Shown: in pieces, positions 12,106-26,100 of the stretch
Layout of the letters: the number at the start of each line of letters is the position of its first letter
How positions within the stretch are numbered: the stretch's first letter is position 1
NCBI GenBank assembly: GCA_040285825.1
Contig: JAUPSS010000001.1
Span: 3,968,001 to 4,032,000 of the forward strand
Direction of reading: 5' to 3'
DNA length: 64,000 nucleotides
Origin: Eukaryota sp. TZLM1-RC
Lineage: Eukaryota > Protista > Metamonada: BaSk clade
Notes under the pieces: model-generated
What the model was told of the DNA's origin: nothing
What the model saw: only the letters and a program-made list of their open reading frames with translations
The model's database searches: none
Program-made: the position numbers and the translations under genes

Positions 12106-12207
12106 TGGTTGTTGTAATTATTCCACAAATAAATTGATCCAAAAAATTGATTTGTCATGTATTTATGGGAATTTCCCATAATAAATCTCACACTGCATAA
12201 TCTCCCA

Positions 12208-13461
12208 ATGTGCTCAATTGTTCAAGCTATTCAGCAGCAATACAAACAAGCTACTAGTGATAATTCTGATAGGTATATTCTTACGAGCAAGAACCGTCAG
12301 CTTGACATTGAGTTCCCTGGGGAAGAAGACATGACTGACTTTTTTGCTGATACAACACAACTGAACAGTCTTAGTCTACGTCAACTAGCGATATCTTCTA
12401 TAGGAGATTCGTCTCAACTCAACTCTTTTTTACCAAATGTTACATCTCTAGACCTTTCTGAGAACCACCTCACCTGGGATAACATAGTTGAGCTGTCACA
12501 GTCTTTACCCAACCTCACGGAGCTTTCCCTATCATCAAACCCTCTCTTCTCTGTTCCTTTTGTCCCTTGCACTTTCCCTGCACTCACGACACTTGTCCTC
12601 AACAACACTCCTCTGACTTGGGAAATCCTTCATGAAATCTTACCCTGTTTTCCTTCCTTACATTCTCTTTTTCTTGCTCACTGCTCCCTCCCTACCCCTG
12701 GTTCCCATCTTTCCTTTCCTCCTCTCTCCCTCATTGACCTCACTGGTAACAAGATCACCTGCCTTGACAGCTTTAGCTCTCTCAATGTCACTACTCTGAA
12801 CCTCAACCAGAACCAGGTTACGGAGCTCAAACTTAACAATAACCACATCCAACATCTCTATTTAGGAGACAACTTAATCCCTAATCTCGCTTCCCTCTCC
12901 TCCATTTCTCTCCCCAAACTAACCTCACTTCGAATCTCCTCAAATCCCTTCCTCTTAGCTTACCCTCGTCTCTCTGTAGGTAGAGCCATGGTCATTGGAA
13001 TGATCAGCGGGGTGGAGGTTTTGAATGGGACAAAAGTAGGCGAGCTTGAACGGGTTGATTCAGAAAGATTTTATTTAAGTAAGGCTGTCAATGATTTGAA
13101 TGTTGAGGATTTTGACAAGATTCATCCAAATTACAAAAATTTGGTTGAAAAGCATGGTGATCCTGTCTCGTCAGTGTCGTTAAAGAGATCAATGACACTT
13201 GTACCAGTAATTCTCAAAAATTTGGACGATTTTGAGTGTAAAGAACGGACAAAGAAACTTCCTCAATCAATGACTGTTCTGCAATTAAAAGAGTTAATAT
13301 GCACTTTATTTAAACTCGGCAGAGGAAATATAAGTAAATTAATTCTTCAATTCAAAGGTAAATATTCGCAGGATTTAGATGTATTAGACCTTGATACAAT
13401 GCCACTTTCCTTTTATAGTTTAACAGAAGGGGACATTCTGTTCAGTGTTGAGGAAAAATGA
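12208..13461 (+). CDS. tubulin-folding cofactor E-like (LRR + C-terminal UBL, no CAP-Gly)
   Basis: LRR array, LRRcap VEVLNGTKV..ER.DSERFYL, KNLVEKHG, and UBL KKLPQSMTVLQLKELI...LSFYSLTEGD. Start 12208 chosen by context. Confidence 0.8.
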   Translation: MCSIVQAIQQQYKQATSDNSDRYILTSKNRQLDIEFPGEEDMTDFFADTTQLNSLSLRQLAISSIGDSSQLNSFLPNVTSLDLSENHLTWDNIVELSQSLPNLTELSLSSNPLFSVPFVPCTFPALTTLVLNNTPLTWEILHEILPCFPSLHSLFLAHCSLPTPGSHLSFPPLSLIDLTGNKITCLDSFSSLNVTTLNLNQNQVTELKLNNNHIQHLYLGDNLIPNLASLSSISLPKLTSLRISSNPFLLAYPRLSVGRAMVIGMISGVEVLNGTKVGELERVDSERFYLSKAVNDLNVEDFDKIHPNYKNLVEKHGDPVSSVSLKRSMTLVPVILKNLDDFECKERTKKLPQSMTVLQLKELICTLFKLGRGNISKLILQFKGKYSQDLDVLDLDTMPLSFYSLTEGDILFSVEEK

Positions 13462-14233
13462 ATTTTTTGATTTCTCTCTACTATTCTTTCTATAGTTGTA
13501 TTTTAAGAATTGTCTGTGATGTACACTTGGTGTTTGATGCATGGGGTTGTTTTTAGTTTCTTTATCATTGTTTGTTTATTTGAAAAGTCAATTTGAATAA
13601 AATTTTGTAAATTTTGAGTGTTTAATGGTGCGATAAATGGTGTTCAAATTTCAAATTAACATTTGCTCCCATCAAAATCAGATAATTTAAGAATTTACAT
13701 TTTTTTGTGTGAAAACAATTTTGTAAACATACCGAATTGAAGGGGCAAAATTTGAAAACCTCTGCAACTGCGTGGATTTTGATTGATGGCCACTTTCCTT
13801 GCATATTGCTTTCGTAACCGTAATCAAGTTTAGTGAATTCAGTTAACAATATTATGATTTATTTAAATGTTCAATGATTTGCAAGGATATCTTTGATAAA
13901 AACAATTGATTGACTATTCAGCTGACATGGTCAACTGAATAAATAAAAAGTTGTTAACAACAAAGATCAAATTGAACAATGAAAAAAATGACCCCAAATT
14001 CATACAGTTACGAGTAGACACGAATTGATGAAGCTGATTCTGATTAAAAAACTTGAAAAAGAAGGATGAGGAGAAGTCAACAGAAGTCAAGTAGTTGCCG
14101 TTGGATGTCAACAAGATCATTCATTCAAAATGGATGTGACAAACATGATTGGAACACTGTCTTGATGCTTTGATGACTGGCTGATCTTGTTTGAAGGAGA
14201 GGTTGTCTATTTTTTGTTACTTTTCTTGTTACA

Positions 14234-15269
<1,036 letters not shown>

Positions 15270-15476
15270 TTTTTTTGTATTTAGTCTGTTACAGAACGAA
15301 TAAATCGTGTCTCATAATCATTTCAGATTCTTTAAAATTTGTTCTGAAAGTCAAAACAACAAAAAGTAAATGTGTTAATTAAATTATAACAATTGCAAAT
15401 ACAATGGCATAAATATAGACCGTAAATGGTTAAAAATATTGCTAGTCTACTAAACATAATTTATTGCGCATATTCA

Positions 15477-15829
15477 CTAACCCATAAAGTTGAAGGCAAC
15501 AAAGAACAACAAAAGTTGTGCAAAGACATAGCTAGCGAAAGAAGCACCCGGGGTAATTTCAGGAAACTGATCTTTGGTCGAAGGATGTGTTTGCAGCCTA
15601 AGATTTACTGAAGTCAGAGGGAATCGATCATACCAGTAAGGACAAGTGATCCTAATGTTGTGAATATAGCAGACATGTATGAATTGAAAGGATAGGTGTT
15701 GATGAGTAGACCATAGCCTAATGTCACAAGAAGTAGAACAGCATGAAAGACAATAAAGAGATCAACTATTTGTGTCCGCTGGTCATGGGCTTTACGATAG
15801 TTATCATGAAAAGAAGAGAAGAGACCCAT
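15477..15829 (-). CDS. DAD1: oligosaccharyltransferase subunit DAD1/OST2, 2 exons
   Basis: TYPFNSYMSAIF; after removing 15608-15633, VNLRLQ...FASYVFAQLLLFFVAFNFMG*. Confidence 0.92.
15608..15633 (-). other. spliceosomal intron, 26 nt
   Basis: GTATGA...CTGACTTCAG; restores the DAD1 C-terminus. Confidence 0.9.
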
Positions 15830-15918
15830 TCTTTCAGATGACGCCTAAGTGTAAGGGGTAAGTGTTCTTTATCCTTAAAAATGATTTTTCATTCTCTCAA
15901 CAGTGATTCTTTTCAGTG

Positions 15919-16280
15919 TTACATTGGTCCACCATTTACATGTGCTTCCATCACTGCCATGATATCCAGCAAAGGATTTCGATCTCTAATCCACAGAATT
16001 TCAAGCCCATGAGCGATATACATTTCATGCCTCTGATATGTTCTTGGAGTTTTGCACCGTCTCAATGTTTCAACCATTTCTTCTGCTTTTTTTAAACCAG
16101 CTTTTCTAAATAAAATTTTCAAACCTTTTCCTTTGGCAGGATCTTTGAATTTCATGTGTTTTCGTTGTTGCCAGTCTCAAATCCCAATAACTACTTGCAT
16201 GGCATCAACAAAAACTTATTTGCAGCTCTGCATCATTTTCGCCTAAGATATCGTGCGGTTTATCTCAGCCTACCATCACT
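15919..16280 (-). mobile_element. second Fanzor1 relic (different subfamily, internally deleted)
   Basis: In-frame W*AEINRTIS*AKMMQSCK*VFVDAMQVVIGI*DWQQRKHMKFKDPAKGKGLKILFRKAG...CKTPR...HGL..LWIRDRN. Confidence 0.75.
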
Positions 16281-17161
16281 GTTTCTGATTATTTTATTTT
16301 GTTGATAGACCTCACCAACAATACTATTTATATAATCTATTTGTCATAACTTTTATTTTATTTATATATTTACTTGTTTAATATACTCCATAAATGTGTC
16401 AAATCTGCAGGTTTTTGAATTGAATTGGGATAAAGTTGCTTCCCTTACTGCTTATTTGTGTGATAATTATTACCCACGTTTAATGGGCAATCATTTTCTT
16501 CGTGAATATTAGGATCTTGATGGTTAAATTTCCCCCAATAAATCAATAGTTTCTTGAATATTTTGATCAAATCTCTTTAAGTAGTACTGTCCTTTGAAAA
16601 TTAACTCACTATCAATTCAATTTGAATGGATTAAATACCCTTCCGTAGTTTTGTTAATTGTTTGAAGTGTTTGAATATACATTTTTTAACCAACTTTAAT
16701 TAACCAAATCAAATTGTGAGCAAATATGTCAAAAAAGACTTATTAATAGGTCATATTGTTTCAAGTCCATGCCGAATTGAATATGAAACCTTGTTGTTTT
16801 TATCATTTCAATAATTGGTGATTACAAGACCAACAAAACCAATCTCACTGTTTCAAATAATTTACAGTGACTTGGGGCATGAATTGTCGACAATGCTACA
16901 GATGCCTCTTTGTGACTTTTCATTTTTGAAAAATAGCTTGTAGTCATTTATGAAATTTTTTGAGTAAAATGATATGTGAAATACATTAAGTTTCTCCTTA
17001 AACAGGAAATGACACTGGAAAACAACACTAATGAAGTTGTACTTTAACACTGGGTGTGATAATACCGAAAGGAAGGATGAAATGGAGTGAGTTTGTCTGT
17101 CTAAATTGTATATTCAAATCAAACTCTATTCCGCCATTGAAAATTATTTGACTCTCACACA

Positions 17162-20100
17162 ATGGCTGAAAAGAAGCTTTTCAGCATTGTCGCATCACGT
17201 CTTGCTGTTGATGTGCAAGTTGTTGAATCTTCATGTAAACACCCTTCTGTATCTAAACATTTTGAATCATTTCTTGCAGGGGATGATCCTCCAGCAATCT
17301 TTTTCTATAAGGACAATAGTGGTGTTTGTTGCTCTTCTACCATACCGGAAGCGTTAGATTCTCTCTGTGCATTCTTTGTTCGTCCCAACAAGAAAGCCAT
17401 AACTACACATTCTTTCTCCACTGACCTTTTCTTTGGCTATGTGAATGGGAACTTCCTTCAAGATATGGTGACGTTTCTTTCTACCATCATGTCTCCCACT
17501 TTACACAATCATTCTCAAATCCAGTCCATTGACGAGGTCCAACGTGACTTCTTCCTCTCCGCTCTTGACAACTTTACCATGGCTCTTTCGGACTCTGTCA
17601 ATGCCATCGATGTTAACTTCCAGTTTACCCCTCCAGAAAACCTCTTTGGTCTCACTTCCTCCTCCTCCCAAGAAGATTTTGCCCGTGCCACCAAGGATCC
17701 TGAAATCATCTCAGTCTTTGAACGAACTCTCCACCAATGGTCCGTTCAGCTTGAACGTGTACTCGCTGAATCTGACCAAGTACGACAAGAATCAACTGAT
17801 TCTGGTCCTTCTGCTGAGCTCGAACATTGGAAACAACGAATGGCCAGGTTCAACTACATTCACGAATATGTTCAACAGCCCAATGTTTACATCGTCACCT
17901 CTGTTCTTTCACTTTCCCGACCTCTAGATGAATGGAGAAGGTTATTAAGAAGAGTTAAGGACACTGCCATTGAAGCTGAGGATAACCTAAAGTATTTATA
18001 TTCTATTGATAGGGTAGCGAGGCCCCTGTATACCCCTGATCCTAGTAAAATGGTTGAATGCCTTCCACAGCTGATGAGTTCTATATCTCTTGTTCACTCG
18101 CTCACCAGGTTTTACAATACGAACGAGAGGTTAACTGGGCTGTTTGTCAAGATTACTAACCAAATGGTTGTTTCATGCAGAAAATACATTCTTGAAGATT
18201 TAAATTCTTTCTGGGAAATTAATGATTATGATTGTTTAATGAAAAAATTAAAATCATGTATTGACCTGGGCTCGCAATACCGCCTTATTTATCGTAAAAC
18301 AAAAGAAAGTCTCACTGAGGTACCCACTGGTCGGCAATTTGATTTATCCGAAGCTTATATCTTTGGCCCAATGGATGTTTTTGTGCAGAGACTGGAACAG
18401 CTATTAGAGATCTTGACTACGAGCACACAGTTCCAGGCATTAAAGAAAGCTAATTTGACTGAGTTGGACGCCATTGCCGAGAAGTATTCCAAGGTATTTG
18501 ATGACTTTAAAAGAAAACAATCCGACCCACTGTCTGAGTTTGCCTGTACTTCCTCGTTTGATAAGGATTATAACCGGTTAAATAATCAGGTTTCCGATCT
18601 AGAACGGCAACTAGTCAGTGCGATTGATGAGCTTTTCGCTTATTCTACTACTACTGAATATTCAATGGTATTGCTAAAACAAATTCCTCCTGCTATTAAA
18701 AGAGACTCTTTTGCAACCTCACTCAATTCAAAATACCCGCTTGTTTTCTCCCAATACGCTTCTGATCTTGAAGTTATTCGTCGTCAATACCAGCAACACG
18801 CCACTAAACCACCAGTACCTAGAAACCAACCTCCTGTTGCTGGAGCCATTAACTGGGCAAGACAGTTACTACGAAGAATACAGGAACCAATGGATCTCTT
18901 CTCGGAGCGCGTTCCTCATGTCTTGGCGCTCCCTGATGGTAGAAAGGCGGTCAGAACGTATAACAGGTTAGCTCAGGCCTTATTAGAATACGAAACATTG
19001 TACTTTAAAGCTTGGGTAGACTCTATAAAGTCTGCCAGACAAGGTTTGTTAGCTCCTGTTTTCGTCAGAAAAACTGATTCGCTGGAATTCTCTGTTCATT
19101 TTTCGTCTGCTCTTTCACAATTAATTGCTGAAACTAAGTGGTTAACTAACATTGGATTAGAAATTCCCGATGAAGCTGTAACAGTTCTTAGTCAGGAGTC
19201 GAGACTTAAATCATTGAGAGACTCTTTTAGTCAAATTGCAAAAGATTATTCAGATGTCCTAGACAAAATTAAACCCGCTTATAAGACATTAATTCAGTGT
19301 CACTTGAATGAATTTGAAAAGCTAATCGCACCTGGTTTTTCAGTGATAACTTGGAGTGCTGTTGGTGCACCCCAGTTTTTAACTAATGTTCAAGAAGGTT
19401 TATCTAAATTAAGTGCCCTTGTTTTCGAAGCTAATGATATTTACACTTTTAGAATTGATGCCCTTTTAACCCAAATTAAAAACTCTAACAGTATAGAAAT
19501 TCCTGATGAATCTGTAGGGTTGAATAACTTTTTGAACTCCTGCCAATCAAAAAGTGATGAGGTTGCCGTTTGGATTGAGGAAAAGTCGAGGTCAATTGAA
19601 GCTTCTGTTTCTGATTTAATTACCCTTTTATCACCAAACAAGAGTGATTCTGTCTTGTGTCATCAGTACGACAATCATGCTCGTGATTTTTTCTATTCTT
19701 TGAGAAATAATTGTTTTAATAACATTTTGTCATGCTTAACAGCTTCTGTTCGTCTTTTACGATTTTCTCTAGGAAAGACTGATACACCACCTCTTTTCAA
19801 AGGTCAAGTAGAGCTCACTGACCAAAATTTAACCATATCACCCACTTGTCAGGATGTTGAAGCCACTGTTATTTCAGTCGTCAAGGCCGTCACTTCTTCT
19901 GCAAGGAAAATCTCTCATTGGAATGATTTAAATAAGCCAAATGATAACCGTGAAAACTTTTTGTTTGACATCTCTATTCATAAACCTCTAGTCAAGGTTT
20001 GCTTCATTTTGGCTGGCGAAATTGAAAAAATACCAGAATCAATTACCCAGTCTTTATCCATTTTTGATTTCATTAAACCTTATATGGAAGAAAGTCCAGC

Positions 20101-23100
20101 TAAATCATTTGAAAAGTTTTTTGCCACTGAGCCTTCTTTAACTGATTACCAACTGTTATTTACCAAGTTTAATGAGGTGATTTCCCAAATTTCAGAACTA
20201 CCAAATACTATTAATATATCTGGAACACTTGATATTGCCGCAACAGACGTCAAAACACAATTAAAAGATTTAATTGCCTCCTGGAAAACTTACTATGCTA
20301 ATTCATTAAGCGAATCAGTCAAAACTCAAATGAAAGAAATTGAAGATAATCTTGCTGATCATTTCTCAAAACTAACTTTCCAACAAGCAAAAGAAGAATT
20401 TGACTTGGAAGATGTAAGGGACATCATGACTCAGTTAGCAGAGTTGAGGAGTTTGGAAGCTGATTTTGATTTGAAATTACTCCCTCTATCTGAAACCTTT
20501 AATTTACTCTCTAACTTTGATGTTGGTGTAGGTAAAGAAGATGTAGAAGAGCTAGATAACATCAAAAACTTATGGGAAAAGCTCCGTTCTTGCGTCGTTG
20601 ATCTTATGGACAGACTCACTGATCTTCAGCCCATCATGAGGAGTGCTCTAGTGAGCTCAGTCAAAAATTTGGTCAAGGATGTCGAAAATTTCAAAAAAGA
20701 TTATGATGAAAATGGACCAATGGTACCGGGAACAGAACTTGAAGTAGCAAGCGAACGTTTAAAAACTTTCAAAGCCGCTTATGCTGAACGTGAGCGTAAA
20801 GCCAGCACATATAACGTAGGTGAGGAGCTCTTTAACCTTCCAATTACTCAATATCCTGAATTAGTCCAAATAAGAAGAGAATTAAAACTGTTAGACTCAC
20901 TTTATGGCCTTCACGCCAATGTCATGACTGCAATCCGTGGTTATGGGGATATTCTCTGGTCAGATAAAGATTTGGATGCGATTGCTGTACAATTATCAGA
21001 TTTCCAACAGAAATGTCGACGTTTGCCTTCATCTCTACGCGAATGGGATGCTTATAGACAACTCAAAGAAATGATTGATGGATTTTATGACACTTTGCCT
21101 CTCCTACAACAAATTGGAAACGACTGTATGCGACCAAGACATTGGGAAGCTATCCAAAGGCTATGTAATTGTAAGTTGAGGTGGGATGCGGAAGATTTCA
21201 CAATGTCTGAAATACTAGAAGCTCCTCTATTAGACCACAAGGAAGATGTGGAAGAAATTGCCAATTCTGCAGTAAAGGAACGGGAAATTGAGATCCGACT
21301 CGGTCAAATTGAGAATGATTGGCGAGACCAAGCTTTTGAGTTTGCCGAATATAAATCAAGAGGTCTTTTGCTATTAAAACCTGCAGAGACTTCAGAAATT
21401 GTGGCACTTTTAGAAGATTCTCAAATGGTTTTAGGTGGTTTAATTAGTTCAAGATACAATGCGCCTTTTAAATCACGAATTACTGACTGGATCAACAAAC
21501 TATCAACTTGTTCTGAAAGAATTGATTTATGGCTACGTGTTCAGTTCCTCTGGGCTTACCTTGAAGCCGTATTTTCTGGAGGTGATATTGCCAATCAACT
21601 ACCTCAAGAAGCTAAACGTTTTGCTGGTATTGATAAGTCATGGGTTAAGATTATGAATACTGCAGTCAATGAGCCGCATTGTATTTCTTTATGCTGTTCT
21701 AACGATACACTGGAAAACTTGCTTCCTCATTTAATAGAGCAACTTGAAATTTGTCAAAAAAGTCTTTCACATTATTTGGAATCAAAAAGATCTTTATTTC
21801 CCAGGTTTTATTTTGTTTCAGATGCACAATTACTGGAAATTCTAGGCCAAGCTTCCGATCCTAACAATATTCAATCACATTTAAAATCTATTTCTGAAAA
21901 TATTGGTAAAGTTATATTTGATAAGAAAATACCCAACGATATCATTGCAATTCAATCAGTCGAAGGCGAAATTGTACCATTAGTTCGCCGAGTCACTGCC
22001 CAGGGAGCTATTGAAACTTGGTTGACTGCACTAATTGATTCCATGCAACTTACCATTCGATGTATCTCACGTGCAGCTTCAATGGAACTACTTCCCCTTT
22101 CCAGCCAGTTAGGTTTATCCGGTGATAAAAACAGTAGCAGTCAAGATGACGACGATGAAGAAGACCTAGATTCTGGTAACCAGCAATTAACAGAATTTAT
22201 TTCACGTTATCCCGCTCAAGTTACCTTACTTGGATTACAAATGTTATGGACAAAGCAAGTAGAAGAGGCTTTGCGAGCTGCTAAAACAGACAAGGCGGCT
22301 TTGGCACATTGTAATAAATTGGTCGCTGGTATAATGTCTCTCTTGGTTGATCTGACGACTAAAGATTTGGGTCCTGCAGCCAGAAACCGTACCAAAGTTG
22401 AAGCTCTTGTCACTATTCAAGTCCATCAACGCGATATTTTCGAATCGTTATACAAGCAACGAATCCGTAATGCCTATGATTTTGAGTGGCTGAAACAGAC
22501 AAGATTCTATTGGCGTGAAGAGCAAGATCATGCAATTGTTTCAATTACTGATATCGACTTTGAATATTCATATGAATACCTTGGATGTACTGATCGTCTC
22601 GTCATTACCCCACTCACAGATCGTTGCTACATTACTCTCGCCCAAGCCTTGGGAATGTTTTTGGGTGGAGCTCCTGCTGGGCCAGCAGGTACAGGTAAGA
22701 CTGAAACAGTAAAGGATATGGGAAAAGCTTTAGGAAAGTACGTCGTAGTGTTCAATTGCTCCGACCAAATGGATGTGAAATCTCTAGGTAAAATTTTCAA
22801 AGGACTAGCTGAATCTGGGGCTTGGGGATGCTTTGACGAATTTAATAGGATTCTATTACCAGTCTTGTCTGTCGTTGCTCAGCAAGTGCTATGCGTACTC
22901 ACTGCTTTACGAGAACAAAAGACACAGTTTGTATTTAGTGATGGAGAGCTCACAAAGTTGAACCCTAGATGTGGTATGTTTATTACAATGAATCCTGGAT
23001 ATGCTGGAAGACAAGAGCTTCCTGAAAACTTGAAAGTTTTGTTCAGGTCAGTGGCCATGATGGTTCCAGATTTTGCTCTCATTATGAGAGTCAAACTTGC

Positions 23101-26100
23101 TTCAGCTGGTTTCCAACAAAGTCAAATGTTATCCAAGAAATTTGATATTCTTTACAAACTATGTAAGCAGCAACTCTCCCAACAACGGCATTATGATTTT
23201 GGTCTACGTAACATTCTCTCTGTGCTTCGTACTTGTGGCGCTTGGAGAAGAAAGGACAGGGAAGCAGAAGAAGTTGATATCTTTTTGAGAGTAGTTCGGG
23301 ATATGAACCTTTCCAAACTTGTTGACGAAGATGAACCTCTTTTCTTGTCGCTTGTAAATGATCTTTTCCCCGGTGTCACTGTTGAGAATCCTAGCTATGA
23401 GGACCTTGAAGCTGCTATTAACAGTAACATTTCCTCTGCTGGCCTGGTAAACCATCCTTCTTGGACTTTGAAAATAGTTCAACTCTATGAAACAGCATTA
23501 GTCAGACATGGGGTTATGGTTTTAGGACCTGCTGGTGCCGGTAAATCCAGGTGCATTGACATCCTCATGAAGGCACTTACAGACTGTGGAAACCCTCATA
23601 AAGGTATAAAGATCAACCCAAAAGCTATCACAGACCAGCAGATGTTTGGTAAATTGGATAGAAAAACAGGTGATTGGACTGACGGTATTTTTTCGGCGAT
23701 TTGGAGAAAAGTTTGCAGAAAGCAAAGCGATGAGAAGACCTGGTTGATCTTAGATGGGCCTGTAGATACTATCTGGATTGAATCTCTCAATACGGTGTTG
23801 GACGACAATAAGACCTTGACATTAGCAAATTCTGACAGAATTCCAATGTCACCGAATATGAAGCTCATATTTGAGGTACATTCATTAGCCAATGCTTCTC
23901 CTGCCACAGTTTCTAGAGCTGGAATGATCTACATGTCGCATATGTCTTTGGGATGGGAGCCTGTGCTACAAGCGTGGATTAAGGAAAAGGAAAGTGAAGA
24001 TTTTGCTTCAGATGTGTTGAGTAATTTAAATAATTTATTTGATTTACATATTAATAATTGTTTTGATTTCATTAAGACAAATTGTCTACCTGTTATGTCT
24101 TTATTCCAGCAGCATCAGGTTACTCAGTGCTTCAAGCTACTAGAAGCTATGGTTCCCCAACCAAATAGTGATTTTTCTCTCAAATCCCCTCAACATTTAG
24201 AAAGAATGTTTGTGTTTGCGCTTATTTGGTCATTGGGGGCATTATTAGAAACAGAAGATCGTCTCAAGTTTGATCAATTCCTTCGTTCTGAATGTAACCT
24301 CGCTCTACCAGTCTGTTCTTCCCCTCATTCTGTCTATGATTTCTGGATCAATGAGGAAACCGGAGAATGGCAACGATGGAGAGATAGGGTTCCTGAATAT
24401 CAATATCCAGTAGACCATGCTCCACCTTTCTCCTCTGTTTTAGTCCCTACAATTGATTCTGTCAGATGCTCTACTCTTATTGGTTTGCTTGCTGAACAAG
24501 GACATCCCGTAATGTTGACAGGAGAAGCTGGAACTGCTAAATCAGTTACTCTACAAAGCTATATTGCAGATAAAATTCAAGATGAACAGTGGATGAGCAA
24601 AACAGTTTCCTTTTCATTCTTTACTAACCCTTTGATTTTCCAACGAACTACTGAAGCACTTGTGGAGAAACGACTAGGTTCTACTTTTGGTCCCAAAGCT
24701 GGTAGAAAGATGATTTACTTCTTGGATGATATTAATATGCCTGAAATTAACACATGGGGAGATCAAGAAACTGCTGAAATTGTACGTCAATTAATAGAAG
24801 ATAAAGGTTTCTATAACCTAGAAAGACCTGGCGATTGGATTTCCATTGTTGATCTTTTCTTCTTTGCCGCAATGCAGCATCCAGGTGGTGGTAGAAATGA
24901 CATTCCAGATAGGTTACGTCGACACTTTGCCATCTTCAACTGCACTCTTCCCTCCCAAGAAGCTGTGGAGCACGTGTATTCATTGATTATTAAGGGGTAT
25001 TTCACTACCCAAGCTCCCAGAAGCTTTCCAGAGTCTCTATCAAACGTTCTCAACAACATTGTTCCAATGACGTATTCTCTTTGGGATTCGGTTAAGCAGA
25101 AAATGCTTCCCACACCAGCAAAGTTCCATTACATGTTTAATATGAGAGATTTATCAAGAATTACTCAAGGTATGTTATACGTGACTTCTGAAACTATCAC
25201 TGGGCCCTCCAATCTGGTGTCCTTATGGAAACATGAATGTCACCGTGTCTTGGCTGATCGCTTTGTTAATTATGAAGATTTGGCGTGGTTTGAATCTGCT
25301 ATTCAATCGGTACTGGATGAGTATCTCCCTCAGTACAATGAAGCTGTTCCGAGTACTTTCTTTGTTGATTTCATGCGTGATCCCCCAGAACCCGACCCAG
25401 ATGCTGAGGAAGAGGAAGATCTGGAAGCTCCAAAGGTCTATGAGTCGGTTACGGAGAGAGAGGTGTTGAAAGAACGATTAGATAGATTTTCAGAGTTGTT
25501 TAATGAAATGTCACGAACGGAAAAACTTGATTTAGTTTTCTTTTACGATGCCATTGCTCATTTATCACGAATTTCTCGTATTATCCGAGCAGAACGAGGT
25601 CATGCTTTACTGGTTGGTGTAGGTGGAAGTGGTAAGCAATCATTAACTAAACTTGCTTCATTTATTGCTGGTTATACCACCGTCTCAATAACTTTAACTA
25701 AAAATTACACAACAAAAGATTTATTAGAAGATTTACAACGGTTCTTCATGATGGCTGGTTTGGAGGGAAAAGGAGTAACGTTTTTATTTACTGATAAGGA
25801 CATTAAAGAAGAATCCTTCCTTGAGTATATTAACAACATTCTCACTTCTGGTGAAATTCCTGGTCTGTTCGCTAAGGATGAAGTTGATTCAATAATTTCT
25901 GATTTAACACCTATTTTCAAAGCAGAACGACCTCGAGCACCTTTATCCAATGATGATGTTTGGAATTTCTTTTTGGAACGAGTACGAAAGAACCTTCATG
26001 TAGTTCTTTGTTTTTCGCCTGTTGGGGACAAGTTTAGAACACGTGCCAGGAAGTTTCCAGGTTTGGTATCTGGATGTACCATTGACTATTTCCAACCATG

